Assembly (NCBI GenBank): GCA_030704615.1 | Contig: CM060733.1 | Coordinates: forward strand, 70,866,001-70,930,000 | DNA length: 64,000 nucleotides | Reading direction: 5' to 3' | From: Takakia lepidozioides | Taxonomy: Eukaryota; Plantae; Bryophyta | Shown: piece by piece, positions 13,400 to 27,682 of the stretch | Numbering within the stretch: the stretch's first letter is position 1 | Layout of the letters: each line of letters starts with the position of its first letter | Notes under the pieces: model-generated | Database searches by the model: none | What the model was told of the DNA's origin: nothing | Seen by the model: the letters and a program-made list of their open reading frames with translations, nothing else | Position numbers and translations under genes: made by a program

Positions 13400-16300
13400 T
13401 TGACCATCTACTCCAGCTGATTTCTTTTAGCTAATTGATCCCTCAGCCTGAACCTGAACATGAATCTGGACCTCTATCCCTGGTCCCTCAGCTATCCCTG
13501 CCCGTGTACAGATCATGAATACATCCCTCAGCCTTGCTGCTAGCAGCTGATAGTGACGGCGTGAAGTTCTTCCAGAAAACACCCCAACCTAGGACTTAAC
13601 AGTAGTTCCAATTCTGAATTGCAACTGCTTCTCTATGTAGTCGAACAAGCACTCACCTTTTAGTCTCCATTGTCCCCCCAGTGACTGGGGTTGGAAAGTG
13701 TTCATCCCAAAGCTTCTCTTCATCTTGTTATCTATTTTTGGGTACTTTCCTGCTGCCACATCAGCAGTAACTTGTCAAAGTCACTCCAAACCACCCCACA
13801 TCCACCCAACGAGCTAACTTACAGCATTCAATATGTAAATTGAGGGTTGGGTCTGAGAAGAGGGAAAAATAGGCTGAAATAGGTCGAAGAAGAAGGTGCC
13901 CTCACCACATTGTCTTCGACCTTGTGTCATGACCCATGGAGGATTTCACTGACCATGCACCCAAGAGGACCTCTTGTGTGTGCAAGGTGTGTGTTGCTTC
14001 CATAGGGAATTGTAGGCAATCTGGAGCTTGAAATCCGGCCCCCTTGGATGAATTTGGACCCACACTGCTCCCTGATCTTTCAGCTATCCATGCCTCTGCA
14101 CAAATCATGCATACATCCTTGCCTTGATGCTAGCAACTGACGATAACACTCTAGAATTGTTCCAGCAAACACCCCAACCCTACTTATCACACTAATTCCT
14201 ATGCTAACTTGCGTCTGCTTCCAACAGGCATTCACATTTTTGCCTGGATTGTTCCACCATTGACTGGGGTCGGAACCGTATTCATTCCAGAGCTTCTCCA
14301 CATCTCTATTATCTGTTTTTCAATACTTTCCTGTCAACCACATTGGCAGTAACATGTCAAAATCACTCCTACACCACCATAGATCCACCAACGAGCTAAC
14401 TTGTAGAATTCAACATGAAAATTTAGGGATGACTCTGATAGCAGGGGAAAACAAGATGAAATATGTTGAAGAAGGTACCTACATTAGCAGTGGCCTTGTT
14501 CTATCAATTGTGCTGCTGCCATTGCTGTTTCCAGTTGACCATCTACCCACTTGTAGCCGTTGTGCAATTGAAGAAGGTGCCCCCCCTTCCCCCATCATTT
14601 GATGGTTCAGCCATAGTGTTGAAAGCTCCCTTCGTATCCTTAATGCACCTACATTTGGCATAGACGTCCATCAGGGGAGTATTCAGGATGACATCTGGTA
14701 CAATTCCAGCTTTGATGATGTCACCATGGACCTCTTTCCCCTTTTCCAGAGGTCCTAGGCTTGCACACGCATTGCAAACATGCGGAAGCGTGATGTGGTT
14801 GGGCTTCACCCCTTTGCGCAACATTTGCTCATAGGTTGCCAAAGCATTCCTACCACACCCATGTTTGGTAAATCCTGCCAACATTATATTCCACATGATC
14901 AAAGATTGCTGAGGCATTCTGTAGAAATCTTGGCAAGCATCCATGATGCTCCCGCACTTAACATACATATTGACAAGGGTGTTGAGTAGAAAAAACATTT
15001 GGCATGAATCCACTTTGGATAATGTGAGTGTGCACCTGATTCCAGCTTCCAGACCTAGAGCCTTTGTCAGTCTGCCTGCCTCACAAAGCATCTTCACATG
15101 CCCCGCGGAAAAGGCATTGTGGACTCCCTCTCTTGATCCTCTTTCAGAGGCTGCGGTCATGGTTGAGGACGTGCCTGATTTTATCAACTGTGCCGCTGCA
15201 GCTATTGCCTTTAGTTGTACATCTACCCATTTAGGTTTCTTGTAGCTATTGATCCACATGGAATCACAGGTAATCTGGAGCTTGAAGTCCGGCCCTCTTG
15301 GACCCACACTCTATCATTTCTCCTTTAGCTATCCATGCCTCTACACAAATCATGCATTCATCTTTGCCCTTGCTGCTAGCAGCTGACAATGACAACCTAG
15401 GAAACACCCAATCACACTAGTTCCTATGTTGAATTGCGTCTGCTACTCTCTGTCATCTAGTAGGCATTCAACTTTTTGCCTCGGTTGTTCCACCATTCAC
15501 TGGGGTCAACAAAGTATTCATTCCACACCTTCTCCTCATCTCTGTTATCTGTTTTGGATACTTTCCTACTGCCACATCGGCAGATACTTGTCATAGTCAT
15601 TTCAAACCACCACAGATCCTCCCAACGAGCTAACTTGCAGAATTCAATATGCATCTCAGGGCCGAGTCTAATGAGAGGGCAAAACAGGCTGAAATAGGTC
15701 GAAGAAGAAGGTGCCCTCACCACATTGTCCTTGACAATTCAATATGTAAATTCAGGGCCGAGTCTGATGAGAGGGAAAAACAGGCTGAAATAGGTCGAAG
15801 AAGAAGGTGCCCTCACCACATTCTCCAAGGCCTCCATACCACGCCCCTGCTGCGCACACCCTGCAAGCATCGTGTTCCACGTGATGAAAGATCGTTGAGG
15901 CATTCTATTGAACACTTGGTGAGCATCCATGATGCTCCCGCACATAACATACATGTTGACAAGGGTGTTGACTAGAAAAATATTTGGTGTGCACTTTGGA
16001 TAATGTGAGTGTGCACCTGCTTTCTAGCTTCACTTGGCCTTTCATCTTGATGCACTTATGCAAGAGACAGACATACGTATCTGAATCTGCTGAAATGCCT
16101 CCTTGGTTTAAAGTCAGTAGAGCCTCTTTCAGTCTGCCTGCCTCACAAAGCATCTTCACATGCCCATAAGTGCCAGAAGAGGCATTGTGGACTCCCTCTC
16201 TTGATCCTCTTCCAGAAGTTGTGGTCATGGTTGAGGTGCCTGACTTTATCAACTGTGCCGCTGCAGCTGCTGCCTTTGGCGATGCAACCATGCACCTCTT

Positions 16301-19300
16301 TGCATCTGGTAATCTGACAGGCATTCACTTTGGTACAATCCTAGCTTTGAAGATGTCGCCATGTGGACCTCTTTCCCCTTTTCCAAAGCTGCCAGGACAG
16401 TGTTCAGATTGACATTTGGTACAATTCCAACTTTGATGATATCCCCATGCACCTCTTTGCCTTCTCCAGGCCAGCTGCTAGGCTTGCACAAGCATTGCAA
16501 ATGCACACAAACATGATGTGCTTCCATTGCTCATAGGTCTCCAAAGCCTCCATTCCACATCCCTGATGTGCATACCCTGCAAGCACATCATATCACACTC
16601 CACGACACCACATGTCATTCAGCCATAGTGTCGAACACTCCCTTTGCATCCTAGATGCACCCACATTTTGCAAACATGTTCACCAGGGTATTGTTCAGAA
16701 TGTCATCTGGTACAATTCCAGCTCTGAAGATGTCGCCATGCACATCTTTCCCCATTTCCAAAGCTGCCAGGGCAGTGTTCAGATTGACATTTGGCACAAT
16801 TCCAGCTTTGATGATATCCCCATGCACCTCTTGCCCTTCTCCACGGCTGCCAGGCTTGCACAAGCATTGCAAATGCACACAAACATGATGTGCTTCCCCC
16901 ATCATTTGCTCATAGGTCTCCAAAGCCTCCATCCCACGTCCCTGCCGTGCATACCCTGCAAGCATCGCACTCCACGACACCACATCTCGTTCAGCCATAG
17001 TGTTGAACACTCCCTTTGCATCCTAGATGCACCCACATTTTGCAAACATGTTCACCAGGGTTTTGTTCAGAATGACATCTGGTACAATTCCAGCTCTGAA
17101 GATGTCGCCATGGACATCTTTCCCCATTTCCAAAGCTGCCAGGGCAGTGTTCAGATTGACATTTGGCACAATTCCAGCTTTGATGATATCCCCATGCACC
17201 TCTTGCCCTTCTCCAGGGCTGCCAGGCTTGCACAAGCATTGCAAATGCACACAAACATGATGTGCTTCCCCCATCATTTGCTCATAGGTCTCCAAAGCCT
17301 CCATCCCACGTCCCTGTTGTGCATACCCTGCAAGCATCGCACTCCACAACACCACATCTTGTTTAGCCATAGTGTCGAGAACTCCCTTTGCATCCTCAAT
17401 GCATCCACATTTAGCATACATGTGCTGGTCAGGGCAGTGTTCAGAATGACATCCGGTGCAATTCCAGCTTTGACCGATGTCACCATGGACCTCGTTCCCC
17501 TTTTCCAGGCTTGCACACACATTGCAAACACATACAAACACGATGTGGTTGGGCTTCACCCCTTCGCGCATCATTTGCTCACAGGTCTCCAAAGCATTCG
17601 TACCACGCCCATGCTTGGTAATCCTGCCAACATTATATTCCACGTGATTAAAGATTGTTGAGGCATTATGTGTTGAACACTTGGTGATCATCCATGATGC
17701 TCCCCTTAACATACATGTTGACAAGGTTGTTGAGTAGAAAAACGTTCGGCGTGAATCCACTTTGGACAATGTGAGTGTGCACCTGCTTTCCAACTTCTAG
17801 GCCTTTCATCTTGATGCACTTATGCAAGAGACACACATACGTATCTACATCTGCTGAAATGCCTCTGTTTAAAATCTGTAGAGCCTCTTTCAGTCTGCCT
17901 GCCTCATAAAGCATCTTCACATGCCCATAGGTGCCAGAAGAGGCATTGTGGACTCCCTCTCTTGATCCTCTTCCAGAAGCTGTGGTCATGGGTGAGGTGC
18001 CTGATTTTATCAACTGTGCCGCTACAACTGCCGCTTCCAGCTGACCATGTACCCGTGGAGGTTTCTTGTAGCTATCCTTCCACAGGGATCCATATCTGGA
18101 GATTGAAATCTGACCCTCTTGGATGAATATGGACCCACACTCTATCCTGCTCCTTCAGCTATCACTGCCTTTGCACAAATCATGCATACATCCTTGTCTT
18201 GTTGCCAATGCGATCATCGCACTCCACGACACCACATCTCGTTGAGCCACAGTCGAACACTACCTTCGCATCTTCAATGCTCCCGCATTCAGGATACATG
18301 TCCACCAGGGCAGTGTTCAGAACGACAAACCCTACAAGCTGGACCATGGACCTTCCATGTCACTTCCAGGTGGAGGCAGTACATATTAAAATATTTATTC
18401 CCCCAAGGCCACATTCTCTTTACCTATTCTTGTGAAACACACGTGAGCAAATGTGGCCCCGAATCACGGGTGCAATCAATGCGCAGTGGTTCATGGAGTC
18501 GTTGAGTCGACTACATATTCACTTTAATGTATAAATATCTTTATTCCATTAATCAAATTATGAATGAAAATTTCTAGTCGCATGTGCAGTAATTAGAACC
18601 ACTTGTAATTTCCGTTTTTTCAAATTTTATGTATTTCTGTAATTAATTAAATAGCCCGGATTTTTGCTACGACTCCGGAGTCGTTGACCCCACTTCTGCC
18701 CGCCGTCTGAAATGCCCCCGTGGGCCCACATTGTCCGTTTCGACTCTCCAATAGTCCCGCTTACTGCCAAGTGGTTCCCGGAGTGGTTGGTGGACACCCA
18801 GTCGATTCGGAAAAGACACGAATGCTTCTAGTGGTTGAACACTTGGTGAGCATCCATGATGCTCCCGCACTTAACATACATGTTAACAAGGGTGTTGAGT
18901 AGAAAAACTTTTGGCTAAATCCACTCTGGATAATGTGAGTGTGCATCTGCTTTCCAGCTCCAAGGCCTTTCATCTTGATGCACTTATGCAAGAGACAAAC
19001 ATACGTATCTGAATCTGCTGAAATGCCTCCTTGGTTTAAAGTCCGTAGAACCTATTCCAGTCTTCCTGCCTCACAAAGCATCTTCACATGCACAGAAGTG
19101 CCAGAAGAGGCATTGTGGACTCCCTCTCTTGATCCTCTTCCAGAAGCTATGGTCATGGTTGAGGTGCCTGATTTTATCAACTGTGCCGCTGCAGCTGCTG
19201 CCTTTAGTTGACCATCTACACATGCAGGTTTCTTGTAGCTATTGATCCACATGGAATCAATACGTAATCTTGTGCTTGAAATTTGGCCCTCTTGGATGAA

Positions 19301-20010
19301 TCTGGACCCACACTCTATCTCTTCTCCTTCAGCATCCATGCCTTTGCACAAATCATGCATTCATCTTTTGCCCTTGCTACTAGCAGCTGACAATGACAGC
19401 CTAGATTTGTTCTAGGAAACACCTAATCACACTAGTTCCTATGCCGAATTGCGTCTGCTACTCTCTATCATCTACCAGACATTCAACTTTTTGCCTCGGT
19501 TGTCCCACCATTGACTAGGGTCAGAATTCAACATGGAAATTTAGGGCTGATCATGAATACATCCTTTTGCATTCAACTTTTTGCCGCGGTTGTCCCACCA
19601 TTGACTGGGGTCAGAATTCAACATGGAAATTTAGGGCTGATCATGAATACATCCTCAGCCTTGCTGCTAACAGCTGACACTGACAGCGTGAAATTCTTCC
19701 AGCAAACACCCCAACCCTACTTATTACAGTAGCACCCAACGAGCTAACTTACAGAATTTGATATGCGTCTCAAGGCCGAGTCTGATGAGAGGGAAAAACA
19801 GGCTGAAATAGGACGAAGAAGCAGGTACCCTCACCACATTGTCCTTGACCTTGTGCCATGACCCATGGAGGATTTGACTGACCATCAACCCAAAAGGACC
19901 TCTTGTGTGTTGCTTGTGTCTGTAGTCCGGTAATGTCGGATTGGTATATGAGAACCACCACGGTGCAACTGAGCAGGCAGAGATTGAAACACGGCCTGCT
20001 AAGACCAAGC
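13400..20010 (-). pseudogene. Tandem array of about 4-5 degraded copies of a gene with OSB-type PDF motifs followed by PLS-class PPR repeats
   Basis: PPR motifs such as LVNMYVKCGSIMDA.QVF..M..R....WN.MLAG and GKEVHGDIIKAG..PDV. PDF-like motifs WNEYFVDPSEWWNNRGKK, GPDFK..WINSYKKP.WV and PDYRHK..WVDGQSNPPWV. The shared linker AAAAAQLIKSGTS recurs near 15190, 16255, 18010 and 19185. Many frameshifts. Confidence 0.85.
16330..17420. repeat. 372-bp tandem duplication (about 2.7 units) of PPR-coding sequence
   Basis: Unit anchor CAC(G/A)ACACCACAT recurs at 16601, 16973 and 17345. Confidence 0.9.
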
Positions 20011-20214
20011 TGACTCTCCCAAGAACCTTGTAAACATCAAGAAGAATACCAAATAATGGTCCTAACAGGAGCCAAGAGCATTTGCAGGATGGACAAACTT
20101 CTTCACATCGTACAATAAGCTGCTACCCATGTTCTCTAAAAATATATATATTAAAATTATAATTAATAAATAAATAAACACTTGGGAACGACAGCTCACA
20201 AATCAGGCCCCTTG

Positions 20215-20390
20215 ATTATAGTGAGAGGAAAAAATAACCTCTCTCAGAGTGACCTCGCCGTGAAGGCTTTCACATCATACACCACCCAAGGGAAGGGGGA
20301 GAAGAACATACCACAGCCATCAAGGTAGCAGGATTTGACCCAGAATCACCTGGGTGGCACTGAGTGCACTATCCAACTGAGCTACCAACT
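20215..20390 (-). mobile_element. Probable tRNA-derived SINE
   Basis: Minus strand has an A-box-like TAGCTCAGTTGG and a B-box-like GGTCAAATCC at tRNA-like spacing, but no acceptor-stem pairing. The 3' boundary is approximate. Confidence 0.55.
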
Positions 20391-22273
20391 GTTGGTAGCT
20401 TCCTTGGAAGGGTGCAAATCTTACTAGGGCTTCGCATTGCTCCGCGCTACTAACGACGAATTCTGAGAATTGCGTTCAATTTACACAAAAAGGGCGGGTC
20501 ATCCCCACGGTGTTCCATACAGACATCCCATATTTCATTGTTCTTTGGAAGAAGAATGGCAGTGTTGCCGAAGCTATCATATCAGGTCTCTGCATTTCAT
20601 TGTTTGATGCAGCTACCCCTATCTGTGCCCGAGAAGTAAGGGGGGTGGAGAATTTTTCCAGGATGTGAAGAATGAAAGAAACCAAGCAAAGCACTTCCCC
20701 GTCTTTCACCCTCATGTTTTTGAGCAGGGAGCCACTACACACTTTCTACTGTACACATGTTGGAGATTGTTATCTATGAAATGATGCAATGAATACGGAA
20801 AGCTGGAGATTTGCAAAACATGGTTTTTTTCGCATGTAACGTGCTACCTGCATATCCTCTAGCAGAGGCGGAAATATTGACCGCATCATTGACAGAATTA
20901 CGGATGTCTCTTTGCCTATCGCCGATGAAACCATGGTTGACTTGCGGATGAGAAAAGGAGGAAAAGAAAAGAACCAGTAATGGAGCCCGGAGAATGTTCC
21001 AGGGTCGCAATTCAATCCAATATGGTGTCTGATTGATCGTGTTGCAAGGGAGCAAGACATTGTCATGGCAACTGCATGGCGCTTATCAAAAGCCTTGGAG
21101 ATTCGGGCATGGGTGCCATTGAATGGCGATTGGGAGAATTGGGTACAACGGGCAACCCACCTGGCCTCCAGAGAAGTGGCGCTGGTAGAGCAGGCACCGT
21201 CTGCCTTGCAACCTGTTGTATGTATGTTAAACCGTAGTGTAAATAACATTAATGTGGTTTGTGTTAATTAGGATGGGATGGTGAGGAAACATCGACCCGT
21301 CTCCCTCGAGGATGGGGAGGTAGTACCACATATCGATTGTGGTCCTAGAGCGACCATTTTTTGTGGCGAGGAGGCACCCATTGCACCTGATCCAATACAG
21401 GCTGCCGGGCACAATCGTAGAAGGGACCGGGGCCAATTTCAGGTGATGCGGAGGATGTTGACACTCCGGGATCGAGTCGGGCGCGCCGCGGGTTGCCCCC
21501 TCGCGGGCCACCCTGTCCAACCACGTCCACCTTTGACCCCCCCCCCCCCCCCCCGACAGGATTGAGTGTTGGTGCACTAAGAGTTGGGAACGGATACCGC
21601 CGGGCGGCACCAGACCACCGAGGCGGCGACCGCATGTTGTCGAAAAACATTACAAAAAGAACAAGATTGCAGATGCGGCAAAGGTGAGTGTTTTTCCCAC
21701 CCCTCTCATTAACATTCATTTAAGGTACATTTAGGTTTATCTAATAATATAGTGATTGGTAAGCATACATGAATCAAAATTACGACATAAGTATTGATGC
21801 GTTGTTCACTACGCACATTGTAGCCACGACTTGATGCCCAAGCTCGCAATCACATTGCACAGGAGGCATTTCGCGCCGGTCTACTTGCAGAATTTGTGCC
21901 AGAGCATGTGCCCGATGTGACCAGTTGGTTCCCCCAGCAGCACGTAGATGAGATGCGTAGGGTCGAGGGGTATTGTAGGTGTCGTAGGCGTTATGGCCGG
22001 CGACGAGCAGGCCCACCCCCCCCCCCCCCCCCCCCCGTCTGTTTCTTTGCCTGATCCGGACGTTGTACCCCCGGCTGCACCTCCGACATTACATCCTCAA
22101 CCACCTCCACTTTCATCTCCTCCGCCAGCAGTACCACCTCCACCTCCACCTCCACCTCCACGTGCATGTGCCCCCCGAACCCCTAGGAGGGGTCGGCTTT
22201 GCCCTAGGTTTCCTCCCTTCGGCTTGGGCGGCCTAAGCCGGATCCTCGCCCCCGATGGGAAGCGCATAGGACT

Positions 22274-22937
22274 ATGTTACTGAGGACTGTCCAGCCTCGT
22301 TGTAGGGGGAATCATCTCGACCCTCCCACCCCCATCCGAGAAAATGTGGAGTTCGAGTATTGGGGGAGACGGTATGTTGTGAGAGCCGCTACAGACCCTG
22401 CTATGGGTCGGGGTTTATTCACGGTCAATGATATTGTGGTTCCTCCTCGGAGAAACAGCATGGTGGACTTGTTTCCCTACTACGGTCCATACTACACCTC
22501 CGCGGAGTTCCGTACATTACGCCTCGAAGCCCCATACATCCTACCCTACATTTTGTGTGTCAACGGACAGGATGTACGTAGATGGGGGTTGTCTCCCATT
22601 GAGATCAGATTTTGTGATGGTGACCCAGACATCTTCGGCAATGTTGCTGGGCTGGTTAATAGTTCTTTTGGTCATCCTAGGAGAACCAATGTAGTATGGG
22701 ACGAGCGAAGCGATGGGCATGAGAGTTTTTGTGGTCATACGTCAGTATACTGTGAGGGGATGGATGCACATGTTTGTGATGACATGTGCTAGAAGGACTA
22801 TTAGGGCTGGCAGCGAACTATTTGCATCATACGAGTTCTCCCGGGATGATTGGGACCTCCGATTACAGCGTGAGTGGGATGTGTATGATAGAAATAGGGT
22901 TCCTTTGAGACAGGGATCGCGTAGAGGGGCATTGTAG
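22274..22937 (+). pseudogene. SET-domain (lysine methyltransferase-like) region, frameshifted near 22750. Probably the last part of a spliced gene starting near 20460.
   Basis: MGRGLF, PYYG, GNVAGLVNSS and, in the next frame, RTIRAGSELFASY match the SET motifs GxG, NHS and ELxxxY. Preceded by a proline-rich linker. Confidence 0.75.
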
Positions 22938-24035
22938 ATATTGTCATGATGTACTTTGTATACATCCGATTAATCGATTGATGTAAATTTTTTTCTTGTT
23001 GCTCGTGTGGGTTGCAACTTTGCATATGTGATCTAAACATACTCATGCACATGTGGACCAAATATGAGCTTGAACCAAGTTGATTCAATGGGTCATTCTA
23101 GTGTTGAACGTAGCTACGTGTCATAGAGACGGAAAATTGTGTTTCGCTTGCAGATGATTTTTTTTTAATTCCATTTTCAAGCCATATGCTTAATGATAGC
23201 ATATGCAATGTGCGTGCAAAATTTGGGAGTAAACAAAAGTCATTTGGACCCATAACCAGATTTGTTCTCTCATTTGCACTCCAAAGTTGAGTTATCTTCA
23301 ACTTCATCCACTCTTTATAGAGAGTTCTCCAAAAGTGACCCTAGAAACACACTTTTTTTTTTTCCATTTTTACGCCCCTCAAAACCACAATCATATATTT
23401 TCTAAATGCAAATATTTATTTTAAATTCATTTAAATTCGATTTAATTCAAAATTGGTGCAAGGGTCAGTGCGTCGTTGGGGAGGCAATTTTTTTTTTTTT
23501 TTCTAATTTATTTATTTTTCCTGCTGGATCTTTGTACAGGTGTTGCACACATATTTAAGCACATGTAGGAAAAAATGAAGCTTGAGCCACATCCGTTTGT
23601 TGGGTGCAATGGCATGAGAGGATTTTCTTTCACATTAATAAACAAAAATTGGTTGATAGGGTGAATGCGTCATTGGGGGGGCAAATGATTTTGTTTGGAT
23701 TTGAAACTTTGCATGTGTGTACGTTGCACACATCCATGTAATTATTGAATGACATATTTGATGCACACACACATTGAAGGTTGTTGTTTGCATTTCACTT
23801 ATAATGAAGTGTATGGTTGCAATGACACGTTATAATATATGTCCCTATGTTCATTTGTTTGTATCAGGACTTTGTCCATCCCTTCCCGGTCTTTTCTCTT
23901 GGCACCCCATCCGAAAACAACCCAAGTACATCAGGCGGGAGCCGTGGGCGAGACCGCCCCCACGGTACCGGACGATGATGACGATGACATTGATAGTGAC
24001 AGTGACAACAACAATATGGAATTAACCAGGAGGAT

Positions 24036-27000
24036 GTGCAAGCCATGGAGGATCTCTTAATGCATCATGTGGGCGCTGATGCATCCCATGAAGAGGGAAC
24101 CCGGCCAATCGATGATCCTGAAATGGCCCCCTCAAATGACATAGAGAGGAAGGCGAGAACTCCCTTGTACGAAGGGGCGAAAGTGAGTCGACTTTCAACA
24201 ATCTTACTTTTGCTCAATCTTCAAATTCGATTTGGCATAAGTAATGTTGGGATGGCTGCCATAATGCGAACTATTGCAGACTATATCCTTGCTCCACACT
24301 TGAAACCCAAGATGCCACGGTCGCGGAAAAAGGCGCGCGAAGTCTTGGACTCTGTGGGGATGGGCTATAAGATTTTTCATGCATGTCCATGTGATAAAAC
24401 CCTATACTACGGAGAGGATGATTACATGTGGGGGGCGTGGGGTATTTCATCCTAGAAAATGCATTACTTTCCGATCATCCCGCGATTGAGGGCACAGTAC
24501 CGAAGCCCCAAATTGGCCAGACTCATGAGATGGCACGCCTCGCATCGGAGCCCCCCGGGAAAGGTGTGCGGGCCACAAGATTCACAAGCATGGAGGCATA
24601 TTGAAGAGATGTGGCCTTTTCTCTTGGAGGACCCACAACATGTCCACCTCGGTTTCTCCTCGGATGGGGTCAACCCATTCTCTGTCCAGTCATGTAGTCA
24701 TTCCACTTGGCCGGTGACCATGGTGAGTTACAACATCCCTCCGTATCTTTCAATTAAAAAATGTCATATCATGTTGGCTGCCATTGTGCCAGGTGAGTGT
24801 ACTCATTTCATGTTTATTATTGCCTTCGACTTTACATTAAACTTCTGATCTTTGACGCAATTCGGATGCAAGATTGATGAGTGACATAATCATGAAGTAA
24901 GACGTGTAATTCATTTTGTAGTATAATCTGCATATTGGTGGAGCATTGAAACAATGATGTGAATGTCTCAAAGGGAAAAAACAAGTGGCAAACATGGACA
25001 CGTACTTGCGACCTCTTGTTGATGAACTTAAAGAGCTATGGAGGGGGGTCCCGGCATTGGATGCTTCACTTGACCCTATGGCCGGACAATCTTTTCAGAT
25101 GAGAGGCATCTTGCTTTGGACAATGCATGATTATCCAGGTATATTATGTTCCCCATGAACAACCCGCGTACATTCACTTGTCAATGCCGGATGAGGATGA
25201 GGATTGGGATTGATTGAAGTAGCGGCGACAGTCTTGTGCACCGTAGTGGGTTAGATGGCATTATGGGCCATGCACATGACAACTTTTTGTTTTTGCTAAT
25301 GTGGCGGGATGTGTAGTACAGGACTAACTGTTTGCTCGGGGCTAAGCACCAAAGGGTACCATGCATGCTTGAATTGTGGCGATGATCTTGATGCACATAG
25401 CTCCCGTCATCTTCACAAGATGGTGTATCCCAACTACCGCAAATTTCTTCCTATGAGCCATCGATGGAGAAGAAGAGAGAAACACTTGTTTGATGACAAA
25501 GAGGAAGTACGTCCCCCCCTATGACACCGTCCGGGCAGTTTTGGGAGGACCGATGGAAGGAGGCCCATGCGGGCACGGACGGTGAAGTGGACGTGCCCGG
25601 CATGAAACGACTTTCAATCTTCTATGAGTTGCCATATTGGGCGGTACATATTCCACAAAAACACCGTCAATATCCCTATGCATGCATGTGATATTGCACA
25701 TTTGGTATGCGTTGCATTGTCACTTTCACGTAAAAAAATTTGTGTAAGTCTTTGTGGGTGGGGATATATGTAGGACCTGAAGATTCGCCATCTTCTAGAT
25801 CCCATGCATATTGAGAAGAATGTCTGCTCGTCTCTTTTTCGGGTTCTTCATGGCACGCCGGCAAAGAAGGGAGTGGCTGCAAAAGGAGATTCTCTCGGTG
25901 TTAGAAAAGAGCTTGAGGAGCAGGGTCGCATGCGCCATCTATGGGCCGAACAAAATGGTGTGGACCCAAAGGGTGTTGTACGGTGGAAGTATAGGCGCGC
26001 ACCTTGGCAATGGACAAAGGAGGAATACAAGAAAGTGATAGCCACCATATATGTTGTCCGAACACCAACTGGTTATGGGTCATCCCTCCGTACGAAGTTC
26101 AACGAAAAAGACGGGGTCCATGGTTTGAAGTCTCATGACTACCACAATCTATTGCAAGACATCTTGCCCATTGCAGTACGTGGGACATTGACTCCCGAGG
26201 TTCGTGAGACAATCTATAGATTGGGAGGCTTGTTCCGGTGGATTTGCTCCAAAGAGTTGGAAGAAGCAGATTTTTCACGCATGAAGAAGGAGGCGGCGGA
26301 GGTAATGTGTATGTTGGAGATGCACCTTCCTCCCTCCTTCTTTGACATCCAAGTGCACTTGGTAGTGCACTTAGTGGAAGAGGCTTCGATTGCCGGCCCC
26401 GTTCATTCTCGGTGGATGTACTTCCTTGAGCGTTATATGAAGACTTTGAAAGGATTTGTAAGACAAATGGCGCACCCGGAGGGTAGCATGGCGGAGGGGT
26501 ATACGTTGCAAGAAGCTATGTTCTATTGCATGGAGTACATGGTAAGGGTGGATGAGGAATCCCCTCGGATGTGGAAGGAAGAGGAGGATGCACGAACCAA
26601 TGACATCGTTTTGCCCAAAAAATCGAAGAGGGTAAAATTGCCGACCTTGGTGATTGAGCAAGCGCATGACTTCATACTGAAGAACACCCCATCCATACAT
26701 GAGTGGGAGCCAAGATACAATAATCTTGTTCAGCAACGAGAGGAGGAGACGCTTGCATGGAGGCGGAACCATCCAAGGCCGGTTACTAGACGCCCACGAC
26801 GAGGAGCGGGCCGCCGGAATGTTCCTTCACAAAATTTGCCCATGGAATTGCAGCCTCTAAGTTCATTCCAATAGTGGCTTCGGACTTCAGTTTATGACGC
26901 CGTTGCTCAAGGAGAGGTGGTTAGATTTGGTGCAAGACATTGCAAGGGGCCCCTCTCAATTCGCGACCTCATACACGGCGGTTGGGATTCACGGTCGTCA

Positions 27001-27682
27001 TTTCCGCATTCGTGCTCTTGACATGAAGCGCAAAACAACCTTTGATTCTGGCTTGTGTGCCACATATTGGCAAGACTCTGTGTGGGGCAAGGGAGATACA
27101 CGACCTGCTATGAGCAAACTTGAGTACATTGGAGAGCTTGAGAGCATACTCCAACTTCAGTATACAAGGTACCGGCCTCTTCTCTTCAAGGGAAGGTGGT
27201 TCCAGCCACATCTTGTGGGGCCCTCCGCAACACTAGTGCAAGATGATTGTGGTTTCATGCGCGTCAATGCAGATAGGCTCAACCCTACTCATCGTCCCTC
27301 CGATGAGCCTTTTTTACGGCCTTCAGACATGGAGCAAGTTTTCTTCTCCGATGACAAAACAAGAGGGGGGAATTGGAAGGTGGTTGTGCATGCTCAGCCA
27401 AGAGGAAGACGTATCTATCATGGTCTCGGATCTCCATGGGGTGAGGCAATTGCGGTGGACGGAGAGACTGGTCATAATGATGATGATGATGATGGAGGTT
27501 GGGTAGAGGGGGTAGAAGAGGATGATGACGCCCCGGACAATGCATCCTGGACCCTATATGATGAAGCTCTAGAAGATACGGATGTTGGAGAAGGAGACGA
27601 AGACACGGCCATTGACAACGAGGTGGAGGATGATTCGGAGGTGCCTTTTGAGGGCCGGGCCATTTATGACTCCGATGACTAG
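24036..27682 (+). pseudogene. CACTA/En-Spm transposase (Tnp2/Transposase_21 plus DUF4218/DUF4216-like regions), spliced and degraded
   Basis: HACPCD, YFPIIPRL, DGVNPFS..STWPV, DYPG, MHIEKN, GLKSHDYH, FFDIQVHL..HL, WMYFLERYMKTLK..V....PEGS and DEPF..QVFF. Confidence 0.93.

Noticed and set aside
16612-17661. 349-aa plus-strand ORF
   Set aside because: It is the antisense shadow of the 372-bp PPR tandem repeat.
18328-18831. Helitron insertion ending in CTAG|T inside a PPR copy
   Set aside because: It is a non-PPR insert, but the hairpin is weak (ATTCG/CGAAT) and no 5' TC terminus was found, so it is left unclassified.
20323-20390. Functional tRNA gene
   Set aside because: A and B boxes are present but the acceptor stem does not pair. 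Treated as a SINE head.
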